Positions 35,958-50,681 of a DNA stretch of 64,000 nt are shown piece after piece; within the stretch, counting starts at the first letter, position 1; each line of letters starts with the position of its first letter. The notes under the pieces were generated by a model, which searched no databases, had not been told where the DNA came from, and saw only the letters and a program-made list of their open reading frames with translations. The position numbers and the translations under genes are program-made. Source of the stretch: Haliotis cracherodii (Eukaryota); the NCBI RefSeq assembly GCF_022045235.1, contig NW_027266264.1:52452001-52516000 (forward strand). The letters are read 5' to 3'.

Positions 35958-36428
35958 ATGAAAGCTGAAGATGAAGACATTGCAAAGACTACAGCCACCA
36001 CAATTCCTGAAGATGGTGAAGTCCCACCTGTGGACGAGGAGGTTTCGTCACCAGCAGACGACATGCCTCCTAAAGTTCCTCTTGAAATCATGGACACTGG
36101 TCAAGAACAGAAGAAATCTGAGGAGGAGAAACCTAAACCATTCAGCAAGATGTGTCATTTCAGGAAGTTTACAGAGAAGACATATGAGGAACTTGTGATC
36201 CGAGAAACGTCAGATAAGTTGAAAGCACAGCAACGGCGTGCCAAAGGGCAAACAGCACGTCTGGTAGATGGTGACCTTAGGTTTGGAGATGAGGACGAAG
36301 AAGAGCACATTTTGGAACCAGATCCTCTTCTCCATGAAGGGAATACGCTCACAGAAAACTATGGAGTTTTTCCTACACCGTACTGTGGTTGGCCAATTGA
36401 AGAGATTGACCAAGGGATTAAAGACAAG
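35958..36428 (+). CDS. Voltage-gated sodium channel alpha subunit (Nav2/DSC1-like), first coding exon (N-terminal cytoplasmic domain); the exon probably starts at 35801
   Basis: FRKFT...EPDPLLHEGNTL...YGVFP....GWPIEEID...KDK matches the Nav N-terminus; donor AAG|gtgggt, phase 0. Confidence 0.9.
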
Positions 36429-37130
36429 GTGGGTCATACAGCAGAATATTAATCACAACCTTTACTATCTTTTCTCACAGTCTTTCATTGCATACAATAT
36501 ACTCCTTTTTCCCTACATCTTATGTTAAGTTAAGTATCCTCATATACTGTTGCAAAAAATTGTGATGGTATTTGATTATGTCACATTTTTTGTTGGATGC
36601 AATAGCTAATATTCATACATATAACTGATTGTGAGTATCCATCATATCTAGAGCCTTTAAATCTTATATGAACATGTGTACACCATAAGTTGTATCACAT
36701 ATTCGAGGTACATTAACTGATAAAATGACTGCTTGCAAGCAGAGGCATGTGAGAGTTAGAAGCTAGAGGCAGACACAACTGTTCTCAAGCTACATGTAAT
36801 TGCAACATTCATCAGCTGCTACTGAATGATATGTTTCTTCAATGCGGATGTGGAGGCACGGTTTGCATAGAAGTCGCCTTATAGAACTAAATCCCCAGGC
36901 AGTGCGAGGATCTGTTGATCATGGGGTATGATTATGGAAAGGGCTTTGTCACATTTATTCAGATTCTAGATTCTCCATTGATCAGTGGTCTGTCAAAATC
37001 TAACCAGTTTTTTTGTGGGTGGTAAAGATCTACAACCTGCTCCACTTTGTGCTTTACGGAAATACTAAAACTCCCCGCAGCATTTAAACCAACTAACTCA
37101 CCAATTATGAATGTCACAACAGGGTTAGCC

Positions 37131-37360
37131 CTTTCCCACAGATGTTCCTGTAGCTCAAATAGTAATAACACTTTGGAGAATACAGATGTCACTGATGTTC
37201 TTGTTGTGCCCATTATGTTCAGTGGGTCAGTCATTCTACACAGTAGCAACAGTAAGAGGCTTTCCCCCAGATGTTCCTGTAGCTCAAATAGTAATAACAC
37301 TTTGGAGAATACAGATGTCACTGATGTTCTTACTGTGCCCATTATGATCTGTGGGTCAGA
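37131..37360. repeat. Tandem duplication with a 129-bp period; third copy at about 37774-37872
   Basis: gatgttcctgtagctcaa...gagaatacagatgt.actgatgttct...tgtgcccattatg repeated. Confidence 0.85.
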
Positions 37361-38310
37361 GGTAGCCCTGCTCCAAGGCTGTACTGAAAGAAAAATCTAT
37401 TGATGTGAAGTAATTCTATCCTAATAAGCAAGTCTAGATATGTGGACAGTATGGACAACTTGTTTTTATTATTAACATTATCTAAGACAATAATTATTAG
37501 TTAAAATTAAAAGTTCTAGATACTTGTATAAGTCTAGGCCAGAGGCATACACATTAGCACCAAGAGGCTTTTCCCTAGTCTGTCATACAGACCCTGAAAC
37601 AAATATATCCTATACAGCCCATGCAAGTCTATACTGTTTGGCAAGTCTAGATTACTGCAGTGTCTGAAAATGAAAAAGTCTCTGGGCTCCTTTTTATTAT
37701 ATTTTATAACTATAATTTAACAACTGTTTTTTCTGTAAAATATGTTCATTTCATAGACTAGATGTTAGTGTAGGTTTTCCCCGATGTTCCTGTAGCTCAA
37801 CTAGTAATAACACACAGGAGAATACAGATGTGACTGATGTTCTTACTGTGCCCATTATGTCAGTGGGTCAGAGTAATCCTACACAGAAAGTCGTACCAGC
37901 ATCCCCTTAGTACGTAGTCCTCTTATTAATCGGATAATTACATCAATAAGAGATATATCTAAATGATACTTAATGCTGTGGGTTGTAAATATGCTATGCT
38001 TAGTGCATTTACGTGTAACATTAACACTGCTATCATTGAAGATGATAGACATATGATGCACTGAATGCACTAACAGTATATTTATTCTTAATGATTACTG
38101 ATTGTAATTGTTATGGAGTGTCTTGGTTACATATCTAAGACGTGTTAGAAGGTGGTAATATAGTTACAACACAGTCAACTTACTTTGATCCACAGAACAC
38201 AGACATCTATGTAAATAATGTGAAGATGGTTAATCTGGAATGACAGGATGCTGCAAATTCTGAATTTTTACGTGACACCTCTTCTGTTCTTTTCATGTTT
38301 ATGTTGCTAC

Positions 38311-39990
38311 TGACATCTGTTTTAATATGATGAATAATTCCACTTGTTATTGTTTCCCTGGGTTCATGACATCTGTTTTGATATGATGAATAATTCCACT
38401 CATTATTGTTTCCTTGGGTTCATGACCTCTGTTTTAATATGATGAATAATTCCACTTGTTATTGTTTCCCTGGGTTCATGACATCTGTTTTAATATGATG
38501 AATAATTCCACTCATTATTGTTTCCCTGGGTTCATGACATCTGTTTTGATATGATGAATAATTCCACTTGTTATTGTTTCCCTGGGTTCATGACATCAGT
38601 TTTGATATGATGAATAATTCCACTAACTATTGTTTCCCTGGGTTCATGACATCTGTTTCGATATGATGAATAATTCCACTCATTATTGTTTCCCTAGGTT
38701 CATGACATCTGTTTTAATATGATAAATAATTCAACTCATTATTGTTTCCCTGGGTTCATGACATCTGTTTTAATATGATAAATAATTCCACTCATTATTG
38801 TTTCCTTGGGTTCATGACCTCTGTTTTAATATGATAAATAATTCCACTCATTATTGTTTCCCTGGGTTCATGACATCTGTTTTAATATGATAAATAATTC
38901 CACTCATTATTGTTTCTTTGGGTTCATGACCTCTGTTTTAATATGATAAATAATTCCACTCATTATTGTTTCCTTGGGTTCATGACATCTGTTTTAATAT
39001 GATGAATAATTCCACTCATTATTGTTTCCCTGGGTTAATGACATCTGTTTAAATATGATAAATAATTCCACTCATTATTTTTTCTTTGGGTTCATGACCT
39101 CTGTTTTAATATGATGAATAATTCCACTCATTATTGTTTCCCTGGGTACATGACATCTGTTTAAATATGATAAATAATTCCACTCATTATTGTTTCCTTG
39201 GGTTCATGACATCTGTTTTAATATGATAAATAATTCCACTCATTATTGTTTCCCTGGGTTAATGACATCTGTTTAAATATGATAAATAATTCCACTCATT
39301 ATTGTTTCCTTGGGTTCATGACATCTGCTTTAATATGATGAATAATTCCACTTGTTATTGTTTCCCTGGGTTAATGACATCTGTTTAAATATGATAAATA
39401 ATTCCACTCATTATTTTTTCTTTGGGTTCATGACCTCTGTTTTAATATGATAAATAATTCCACTCATTATTGTTTCCCTGGGTTCATGACATCTGTTTAA
39501 ATATGATAAATAATTCCACTCATTATTTTTTCTTTGGGTTCATGACCTCTGTTTTAATATGATGAATAATTCCACTCATTATTGTTTCCCTGGGTTCATG
39601 ACATCTGTTTAAATGTGATAAATAATTCCACTCATTATTGTTTCCCTGGGTTCATGACATCTGTTTAAATATGATAAATAATTCCACTCATTATTTTTTC
39701 TTTGGGTTCATGACCTCTGTTTTAATATGATGAATAATTCCACTCATTATTGTTTCCCTGGGTTCATGACATCTGTTTAAATGTGATAAATAATTCCACT
39801 CATTATTGTTTCCCTGGGTTCATGACATCTGTTTAAATGTGATAAATAATTCCACTCATTATTGTTTCCTTGGGTTCATGACATCTGTTTAAATATGATA
39901 AATAATTCCACTCATTATTGTTTCCTTGGGTTCATGACATCTGCTTTAATATGATGAATAATTCCACTCATTATTATCTCTGGGTTCATG
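38311..39990. repeat. Minisatellite, 30 copies of a 56-bp unit
   Basis: Unit tgacatctgttttaatatgatgaataattccactcattattgtttccctgggttca; unit starts at 38311 and 39935 are exactly 29 x 56 apart. Confidence 0.95.
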
Positions 39991-42900
39991 TTTCCACTTT
40001 CAGCTTTTATTCTGTAAAATCATATGTAGATTTATGCTAGTATGTACTGCCTGCTATGACAACCAGGATTAACTTGCATTAGCTGCAATTATCTTTCAGT
40101 ATATATTTCTTCTTTCTTTTGGCATGTTATTGTATTGCACTTTCATTGATTTCTTGCCCTGATGTTGATTTCCGCTTCAATTCATGAATTATTAAGTGAT
40201 GAAATGCTGTCACTTAGCATCCTTGACTTGATGGTTTAGCCTGTAGGGGAATCTCAGTGCTGTAGTGATGGCCACAAACTATCAGAGACAAGATAACTAT
40301 TCATGTATTGTAAAAAGAGGAACTAATCTGGAACAAAAGGCTTGTGTTACTTTCAAGCTGGAAAATGATATATATTTGTCATAGTAAGATTAAGGTTTCT
40401 GCTCAGTTCTCATTTCAAGTATATGTTATAATGATATATTCATAAATTTCATATTTTTGTGTCCCATGAAAATGCAGCTGTGAAACAAAAGATCATCAAG
40501 ACTGCAGTATTCTGGCTAGCATTTTAGGTACGGGTATGCACTATTTTGTGTGTGAAAATTGATAAATTGTGTAAATTACAAATTGAGTAGGAGAGAATTA
40601 TAATCATTGACAGAAAAGTTAATACTGTTTTCTTATACTCCAACAAGCATTACTGTAAAGGACTTCATCACAAGCTGTTTACGAGTTCTTGGTATAGTCA
40701 GACAAGATAGATGTTTTATTTAAGCTCATTAAATAAACGACATATAAAACATAAATGACAGAGATATAGAGGTTATCACGCGAGTGTGTTTGGGGATGGT
40801 AAATATCCTGCATTAGGAATAAACATTGTATTTAGCGAGCCTTGGCCTTGTACTCATCGGATTCACGATGGTTAATTCTGACTCGATCGCCGAATGACAA
40901 GTGCGACGCCATGTTTGTTTATAAACACTGAAAGTAGTCCCTACTTGACCTTTGATATTTGCATCTCTATCCGCATATGACCCCAACGGATATCGTTTTT
41001 ATCCGTTGGCTTTAACCTACCCATTATATGATAAAAGATGTTATTCGCCATTCTTTTCAGAATTATGAGAGTTTTTTAATGGATAAGAGTATTTAAAACA
41101 CATTATGATATATAACATTGAAAATACTTTGTAAAACTATACAAAAAGTATGTAAAAAGACCAATGAATTTCAAGGTACTCGTAAATTAGAAACTCCTGC
41201 TTTTGTATCATATTGTGGACACTTCAGCAACACATGGCATTCTCTTTCAACAAATGTAGGGCAGATAAAACAACCCATCTCCTCCAGTGGGATGGGTGTC
41301 AGTAAAGCAGCCTGTCAGCATTCAAAGGGTTTAAGAATGTTTAACTGGAGACTATGGATGTATAGTAGTTTAAGACACGTTAGACCCCTGCTCTTGATTT
41401 GCTCTTTAAAATTTGCCTTGACAGTAAAATGTATCTTTGGAATGTTATCTTATATTTTGCTTCTGTCATGATATTAAATTAATTTCTGACTAACAGAAAA
41501 AAATGTTCTAGCCAATTGGTCTGGCACATCCTATTCTATGAGAGACTGACTCAAATTACTGGCAATTTGTCCACACCTAATACCACACAGAGTTTGTAAA
41601 AACTGAACAGGAGACAGTGCTGTATGTACTGATTCCAATTTCATCTCTAATGTTCCAAATTCCACAAGGTGCCACATTATTATTATCCGGGCAGTGGAAC
41701 AGTTTGCACTCAATTTTCCTTTCTCAGCTCTCTGGAGAGTATACAGTTTTAATGGAGTAAGCACTGGCATGTTTATGTAAGAAATTGAAGCTGAACTTTC
41801 CAGCACAAAAATAGGTTCTAAGGCAGAACTTCTTCAATTGAATTCCTTATTGTTTAAATTAATTTATTAGTTCTTTGATTATTTCTGTGCGGGAGAAAGT
41901 TCAGTGAAAATTTACTTTGAGGTAAAAAATAATAATAGGGAAGTAGAGATATATCCACCAGTCACCTATGGTTAACACAATTGCTTAATTTACTGTTTTG
42001 TTTTGATCATATTGCATGTGTATACCAATGATTTGTGAACTGCCAGAAGTAGCACTATTCTTAAAATGTAGTCACATGCTAAATCGCAATGCTATTTTGT
42101 GTTGAGATGCATTGTGGCTTAAAATGTATGCTAATAAAATTCCAGGTGCTGTCATTTGTTTAGTCAACAGAAATATCATTGGGGGCATTTGTATGCAATA
42201 TCATGCATGTAACAGTGAGGGGTGATCTCTCCAGTAATCATCTAGAGTGTCAATAGAAATATTTCAATTTCTCTTTCATTGAAATATACTTCAAATCCCT
42301 ATGACGAGTGCTCAAAGATTGAACAATGGACTGTTGATAATGTTGATAATTGTCGGAATTAAATGCCATCACCGCACTATGGTGACTGACAACTTGGAAT
42401 ATTGATCATATTTATTAACAATAAGGTGATTGTTCACACAAATGGAATCCCCAGTCACTGGTCTCCAAGGACAAAAGGTATATATGATTTCCAATCCATC
42501 GGGAACTAAGAATAATAGGTTTTTCATGAAAAAAAAAAGACATCGGGTGATGAGTATTGATTTTCATCAATGAGTTGTGTAGTCAGAAGTGGTCAAAGCA
42601 CTCTTATTGCAGTTTGTACATCCATAGCTAATCCACTTACCTAAAGATGAGACAAGGTAGCCATCACCTCATTATCATGGAATTAATTCAATTAATCGCA
42701 GTACTCAAACAAATTGGTTCTTTGCTATTATTTTTAAAAAAAGTGTTTGATGAACTTTTTAAGCCATGTCATCTGATGTGCTTCTGACTTATACTCAAAG
42801 GATATACATGTATCATTAAGCAGAAAATTAGATTGACTAATGCAAGCATCAGGATTGTTTTTGAGAGTTTCAGTATTTACTCACATGTTATCATACACAT

Positions 42901-43288
42901 TAGGTATTGACATTTCTCTTTAGTTATTTAATACATTTTTACTCCCATGGGTTCAGTCTATTCAGTATTACCCACTTCACTCAAGTTCATTGTAAGATGC
43001 CAGTATTCAATGAGTAGATATAGATCTGTAAAAAAATAACACATGTATGCAAGCTGAAAAAGCAGAAAGGTAATTAAGCAAGATGTTGTTAAAGATGGTT
43101 TTGAAATTGTTTTTGCATGTTTGTACGCAAATAACTCATAATAATATGTTGCGTATTTCATTCCTCAGTATTTTACGCAAATAGACAGCTTATCTGAAAC
43201 TCTGATAGTGTGTTTTGGGTATGTTAACATTGAATTTTTTCACACATAAATGAAGTTAAATATATAGCCACATATTAGGTGAAGTTAG

Positions 43289-43444
43289 CAGCAGTAGAAA
43301 TTGGCACTAGTCCTATGGTCCTTGCCAAACAGCCCAATAGTTAAGGTATCATAAGGACAAGTAGAAATTTGTCCTTTTTAAGGGTTTTGCTATATGTTAT
43401 CATTATAAGGACTAGCGGACAAAAACTGTTTGTTTCTAACGCTG
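43289..43444 (+). mobile_element. hAT-like MITE family B with a 6-bp TSD
   Basis: TIR cagcagtagaaa / tttctaacgctg; agttag on both flanks. Confidence 0.8.
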
Positions 43445-43759
43445 AGTTAGGTTTTAAAATAGCCACACAAACAAGATGAAAATGCACTTACATACAGAAT
43501 GTGATAAGTAGTTATCATTAGTGGATCCTAGTCTGAATGTCCTGAATGTGCTACTAGGGTACTGTGTTGAGGTTGCTCTGATGGGATTAAAAGTGAACTG
43601 GTGTCTCACTCTCAAAATTGATTTGGAACCCTAGGGTACTACTGATGCTACTTTGTGCTATAATTTCATAGAATTATGCATAAGTCAGGTTCCATGTCTT
43701 AATCATAAACCTGACCCAGTAATAGAAATTGACTCACTAGCCGGGACCAGGTTTGTTAA

Positions 43760-44397
43760 AGGGGAAGTGTACACGCCCAAATCACTTTCTTTCTTTTTCT
43801 AAACAAAACGCAATTTTAGAATTAGTTAGTATCTGTGTTTGAAAATATACACTCATTTATTTCACAGTGAAAGTAGGAAGCTACCAATAGTGTGAAAATG
43901 ATATGCCGTTATGAGGCCTTCGTTTTTCGAGCTAAAAAGGCCTGAGTTATGACGTAATTGGTGCCAATTCAACTGGGTCCCTGTCTATTCTCAACGCAAA
44001 AGATATCAAGTACCAGTTTGCGGTAAAACAACTTGGCCTACGACACACTCCGGCGCAGTGGTGACTCAGCATAACACTATGCTGGCTGGCATCCGAGACG
44101 CAGGAATCACACACCTGTACCTACACCATGTGAAGCGGCTCTAACCAAACATGATGACGTCATAATGTATATCAATTGGCACCAATGATGTCATATTGCA
44201 AGGGGCATAAGCCATGGTGCTTTTGTTATGGAAATAGAACACTTGGTAAATATGAAAAATATAAATAGTTTTAATGCGAAAAATATGTTAATTAATTGTG
44301 ATATTTTTATATTTTTGTCTATGACACTTCTAGGTGAACACTTTTAATGTGGAAAAAGTACAAGAAAAATAGGTTCATTTCCATGTGAACTTGCCCT
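43760..44397. mobile_element. TTAA-specific MITE (Kolobok/T2-like) nested in an older repeat
   Basis: TTAA|AGGGGAAGTGTACAC ... GTGAACTTGCCCT|TTAA; internal inverted tgacgtaattggtgccaatt / aattggcaccaatgatgtca. Confidence 0.75.
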
Positions 44398-44515
44398 TTA
44401 AGGTTACAGTTTAGCTAGTAGAATTTCAAACATTTTAGGGGCTGTTGCCTTATGTTATCACTAATTTGGTGTGTAGATTTTCTTGGTTAATTTTGTATCC
44501 CTGTGACCTCTTCTA

Positions 44516-44718
44516 GTTTCACATAGCAACATTTTCAGTGCCATTACTGAATTACACAAAATGAACTAGCAGTGTTCAAAATTATTCTCGGCTAGTCTGA
44601 GACAAGTAAAATTCAGGAAGGTCCAGTGACAGTTCTTTGAGGACTACCACTTTTACCATTAGGGAGATGGCAACTCTGTAGGACTCACGGTAGACTAGGG
44701 AAATTACGCTCTAACCCT
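44516..44718 (+). repeat. Interspersed repeat also present at about 480-680
   Basis: Shared aattcaggaa.gtccagtgaca...gactaccacttttac.attagg....tggcaa...tgtagga. Confidence 0.7.
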
Positions 44719-46989
44719 AACAAGTCTGAACAAATTATCATTAGTGTTTAGAATTTGTTAAAGTTATGATATTATCACTACCAATAGATCAAAATTGGTG
44801 TAGCATCGATCCAATCGATCCAATAGAAGTAATTATTTATTTCGGAATGATTCAATATCCCAATATAGTAACATGAATTTGATTTTGTAGGTCCATGTAC
44901 CCAAGTACTGGTACCCCCAAATCACGAATCCTATCCCTTCTGGATATGTTAAACTTGTTTTATGATCTTTTGTTTGTATTTGATTGTGGCTAATTGTTTC
45001 TGATTGCTTTGTCGTGTGATTCTCCAAACCAATCTATGATTATTTCCATTAATTGTCACACCACCAGTCTGTAGACAGCATTGATTAGAGAGGTGTTATT
45101 ATCACAGGACAAGCAGACTGGCAATGACTTCAAACTCTGCCAACTGGTGATTGAGTAGGGTGTAAGACCGACCTGAGATGCCAATCGTCACCTCCTCTTC
45201 TCACACCTAACTTCAAAGGACGAGAGATTTTTTTATCGATCTGTAATAAGACATGGATATACTGCACTGATCGTCATGGCCATTTTGACAGGATTGATTA
45301 GTGCTGGTCAATATTTTGCATGATTATTGAGGAAGGACAAGATTCCTGACTTCATCACATTGTGTGCTTGATGGATGATGGGCTCAATACACAAAGTAAA
45401 TAAACAGACAAAGCTTTTTCATGTAGAGATGAAAGCAGTGTCACCTACAACACAGCACACTAACTGTCACGACATTCTGATTCGGGTATTAATTTCATGA
45501 ACTTAGTTGCCCAAGAATAACATGAAAAGACAGTACATGGTAGATGCAAGTTTATCCAATGTTGCTTGCACAAGGATCAGGAGAAAACATAGTATTCAAT
45601 AGAGGCAATAACTGTTTGTTGCACAAAGAATGCATGAAAACATGGCACATGGTATATGTCATAAAATGTTTGTTGTACAATCATGAAACTGTTGAAACAT
45701 CAAAGCCAGAGAACAATCTGTCTTGATTATCTGCCGAACAGATTCCCCTGTGTGTAAAAGGCAAAATAGTTGTGGTAATTATATGAATGGATCACTAGAA
45801 ATCAATGATGACACCAGGTGATGGTAAAGAGGGCAAGTACGCCCTCCCCTGACCGTTGCACCTACTACCACTCAGACAATTTGCACAAAAAAGTAAGTGA
45901 TTGTTTTTTTGCCCAACTCCTGCCATATGAAGGTGGCCTGTGAACAATTTTGTTGAAACTAAAAATGATATGTTAACTTTAAATTACTTCTGCTACTTAC
46001 AAGTAAAATGAAACACTTCAGAAACATGTTCATTTTGCAACACAGCAGGCAGCAGTCTTAATGTCTCGGCCGAACATTTTATTTTCGTATGAAAACATAG
46101 TACATACTAGATGTAATAATAATATTTGTTGCACAAAGAATGCATGCTGACCTATAACACAAATTAAAAGAAATGTTTGTTTGTTACAAGTTTAGAAATA
46201 CAGCTTTGAAAACTATTTGCTGTTAGCTGAGTTTCTACACTTTGTTAAAATAAAAGCGACTATTAAACTATTAAAATATTCCCTTCAGTGGTTCTTGTTA
46301 TGCTTGAAGATGAATTGTAATCTTTTCTAATATTTGTCTTAATGTAATAAATCATCATCAAATGGCTGTCTGTTAGCTGTATGACCTCCATTCTCTCCTG
46401 ATTAGGCTTACACATTTGGCCGCAACCTTTAACATTTATTGATGCTTCTCTTACTGCAGCTTTCTGTTCCAAGGTATAAATGCTTCATGTTGTCATTGCT
46501 AAACCTCATTAATGTACAATTAAAACATTAAAAGAGTATAGTATTCTGCATCACACAATGGTGAAAATGTCATCAGTTAAGATTTCAAAAAGGCTTTGGT
46601 GCAGCTGATAGACCCTGAATATGATTTGTGTTGTGATTGTCATGCATTCAGAAAAAGAGGAGGATGAGGATGAGGATGGATGCTTTTGCAGTATTGGTTG
46701 TTAAAATAATACTTTCTCGGAGCCCTATAGAAATGAAGGGAGATGTTACAAACAGAAACGTTGTAGCTTTGCCCCAGGTAACCTTCATGTCACTGTTGTG
46801 ATAAACTGGAAGGAATGCTGTATAAAACTGAAAACATAATGCATTAAGAGATGAGAATTTATCTGCTTGAAATTTGTTTATATTCATAATACACATTTGA
46901 TGCTAAGAATGGTAGGACATTTTGCCTTCATGACATTTTCAGATAAACTGGAAGGGTTATTTGAAAGCACTTCAAGAATATATATGCAT

Positions 46990-47215
46990 AGTGTATTTGA
47001 AGTAATAAGCGCCAGGGCGCTCTCAAAATTAGAAATATTCTCTTATTAGAGTTGAAAGATAAATTTCATGCTTTTTGCTGACAGCCTGAAATGTTTATAT
47101 ACGACAGATATATTTTTCAAGAATTTAATTGCCCATAATTAAGGGTGCATGTAACACACAAGTGCGTATTATACGCGAATAAATAAGTCTTTTGTACATT
47201 GATCAATCGGAAGAG
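46990..47215 (-). mobile_element. Partial Tc1/mariner-type MITE of the 58180-58523 family (further fragment at about 15545-15650)
   Basis: gtatttga.gtaataagcgcc end and aatttaattgcccataatta.gggtg block. Confidence 0.7.
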
Positions 47216-47381
47216 GTGCTAATTGGGATTGTTCACTAGCCAATATATTAGCAAATATCGCTGTGGGCACTTATTACATCGAATACGGTATTAATGAATT
47301 CCAATATATGTGAGAAGATGAAAGTTAATAATGAACTGCTTCAGGTTAGTTCTTTCCATCTTCATGCACTTCAAAAACATA

Positions 47382-47609
47382 AGGGGGTAGGGGTGTGCAA
47401 GTTGTCCAAGGTGCCACGGTTTGCTGTGCAAAGTTGCGTCCCTTGGGCACGCCAGAAACATATGATTGTGGGTTTGAATCCCGGTTTGCCCTGATTATGA
47501 TTCTAGGTTTGTCAGCACCATACCCATGCTAGTGGGTTTTCACCTCCATCACTTCGGGCTTTCCTCCCACATTAAGCTGACACGCTGTGATATAACTGGA
47601 ATACTGTTT
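47382..47609 (+). mobile_element. SINE family A copy
   Basis: Match to 10724-11002. Confidence 0.8.
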
Positions 47610-50600
47610 TAAATTTGATGCTAATAATAGTGTGACATTTTGATGTACCCAGGGTACATCTAAAAGTGCCTAAAGTGGGACACAAGTTTTTGCTTGTTCA
47701 TGGTTGGACCTCATGCATTAGTTGAGGTATGGAGGAACAATATCAGATGTTTTGTTGCACTCTAAGAAAATATGTGATAAGAACTGACCCATGTAAACTA
47801 AACAATAAATGGTAGTTCATTCGGGAGCTAGCTATTCATAGTTAACAATGACAGTCATAAAATTGGGACTAAACAAGTAATCAAGACAGACATATTTGTG
47901 TAGTATATATGACTTCCTACTGTTGTTAGTTAATGTCAAAAAGTGATTGATGTAAATGTCTTATGACTGTGATATATCTAATTATATATCATAAGATGTA
48001 TATCATGGTATATCATACTACTTCTGCCATGTTAAGTAACCTATGTTAGGACAATGAAGGACAGATAATATTACAGGCCATTGACATCACCAGCAGTTTA
48101 TTTTTAGACCTGCCCTGAAATATATGTTGCATTTGCGTAAAATACTATCAGATAATATCAGACCTTTTTTTGTGTAAGTTATCAAGTTGACTACCAAACT
48201 TGTTAGTAGGAAAAGGAATACAAAGTAGCTTTGCATTTAACAGATTGTGAATTTGGGTACTTGAAATGTCACTTTTGTAAAGACCCTGTTGCTTTTACTT
48301 TTATGTTACAAACTATATTATGATTGCCATTAGGCAGCGAAGGAAACTAACACTTTTTGTCCACCAGTAGTATAATAATAACATATAGCAAAACCCTTAA
48401 TAATGCCCACATAAAACACATTTGTATTGATAACTAAACAAACACACAGTTGATAGAAAATTTAATTATGCAATGAAAATAATAAAGATGTAAACTATTT
48501 TTACAAAAATGCAATCATGACATATATCTTATATACTGGTAGTTGATGTTTCTTATAAGCAAGTAAAAAATATGTTTATACCTTTTCTTTTAAACTAAAT
48601 GGTATGGCAAGATCTTTTAATGTTTAATTTGATATTTTAATACTCATCTGAAATAGGAAAATAGATTCAGATTTGACTATTTACAGGTCACCATCTATAG
48701 CTGTTATACTGCTGAGTGCACCATTAAACTTCAAATAAACAAATATACCTGAAAGATCTCATCTTCATTTATGATGACTGACATTTTATTTCTAAAAGTA
48801 TTGTCTACTGAGTAATCAGTCCACAGTTTTTACTTTGATACCAGACTGCTAAATGCCCTTAGAAACCTATCATATATCCATCTCAAGTGCACGAACAGGT
48901 AAATCAGTCTATACACTATGGGCAAACAGGCTCATATCGCCAATATCAAGCTATCAATTATCACAATATTTAGTTTGAACTCAAGAATGTTTAGGTTTTT
49001 GTTAAATTATCTGCAGTGTGGTAGATTCTTGAGTTGTTCAATAAATAATGCTTTATCTTGAGACATGGTTCACTCATTGAGCTGGGTGTCAGGTAGGGAA
49101 GTTAGATCAATTCTGTGGCTACTAGGCAGGTAGAAGATAATGGAGAATTATTGATTGTTTCCCTACATGCTACCCAGCACGTTGCCCCTAGTTCAAGCCA
49201 ACACTATCTGAGCCACAATTTCCCAATACCATACCTTTCAAACTGGTTTTACCTGTAAAAGGTACATATTTGTTTTGTGTTTGGACATTGTTAACACGTT
49301 ATCCAATGTCTGTATTAGTCGGCCAAGTGAAAGATGAAACAGTTAATTTATGCATGGTCGATCCGTTGCTGTTTATTATCTATAAATACTAGTCAAAAGT
49401 AATTTCAGGATGTAAATTGAATTTGATGGGTAAAAAAAATCAGGGTTGTTTGGTTCATGTAGCCATCTTAAGTTTCCTTGATAACACTTGGTTGAAAAGA
49501 TCTAATAGATCACTGAGGTAGAGAACTATACTTGGTCATTACAGAGCTAGAGGTAAGCAGCATATTTGCGTAAAATACCCCCCCCCCCAATATACAAAAC
49601 CCAGTTACTTTCAATTAACTGGCATACAGAAACACATGCATTAAATAGATAACTCAAATGTATAAAAACAGCATGCATAAATACCCAATAAAGCTTTTTC
49701 AGCTTGCTCACAGAGGAACTTATTTTCTAAACACAATTACGAGCTAATTTACTTTCCGAGTCAAGCCTATATATATAGAACAGTTATATACATCTAAAAC
49801 ATTATTTCATTTTTCTTAAATCTTAAAATGTTCACTAATTTTGGGAAAAACGCAATCGAGTGATGAATAGATGAGTGAAAATATATTGGTTACCAAATGA
49901 AAAATGTAATAACCCAATTAAAATAGAAACCCAAGAGTAAAAATTCAATTTGTCAAAAAGTTATCTGGAGCTCTGTCTTTAGATGTGTCAAGGGGCAGTG
50001 GTTAAAATGTGTTTTAGTGAAATCACTGTTGTTGTATAATGCATTATAGACAGGAACAGAACCTGGAATAAAGGTTTCACTTGAATGTATGGAGACATTC
50101 CCTTCACACATACATCTATAGTTCAAGTCTCATAAGTCAGTGGATGCGCGGGAGGATCTCATTATAAAATCATTACGACCCTTAGGGTATTTTGAAATCA
50201 ATTAGTTTCACTTCCTATCACCTTTGGGATCAATATGTCATGGTGTCTTGGTCATGCTTCCAAGCAGAAAATGAAGAGATGAAGGATGCTGTTGATCAGC
50301 CCAGTTGTCCTCAGATGCATGTTTATTAGCACTTTGTTTTACAATTATAAGGGTGTGCAGTGTAGTATGAGTGAATGAGTGAGTATTGTTTTACGCTGCC
50401 TTTAGCAATATTCCAGCAATATCATGGTGAGGAACACCAGAAATGGGCTTCTCACATTGTGCCCATGTGGGGAATCGAACCCGGTTGTTTGGCATGTTGA
50501 GTGAACGCTTAAACCACCTCCCCATGGTATGAAATACAGAAACGATATATTGTCATAGAAGGCATGCTTATTGTTTTACGTTGTCATATCGATAGATGTG

Positions 50601-50681
50601 TTTATTTGATGCAAATAGGCAAAGTTATGCTTAGATAATGACATCACGATATCTTTATCTCAACTATTCATTGACCAGAAG

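Noticed and set aside
36959-37403. 118-127-aa ORFs with internal repeats
   Set aside because: By-products of a 129-bp (multiple of 3) tandem duplication in an intron
38311-39990. CRISPR-like array
   Set aside because: Contiguous tandem units without unique spacers, eukaryotic intron, no cas genes
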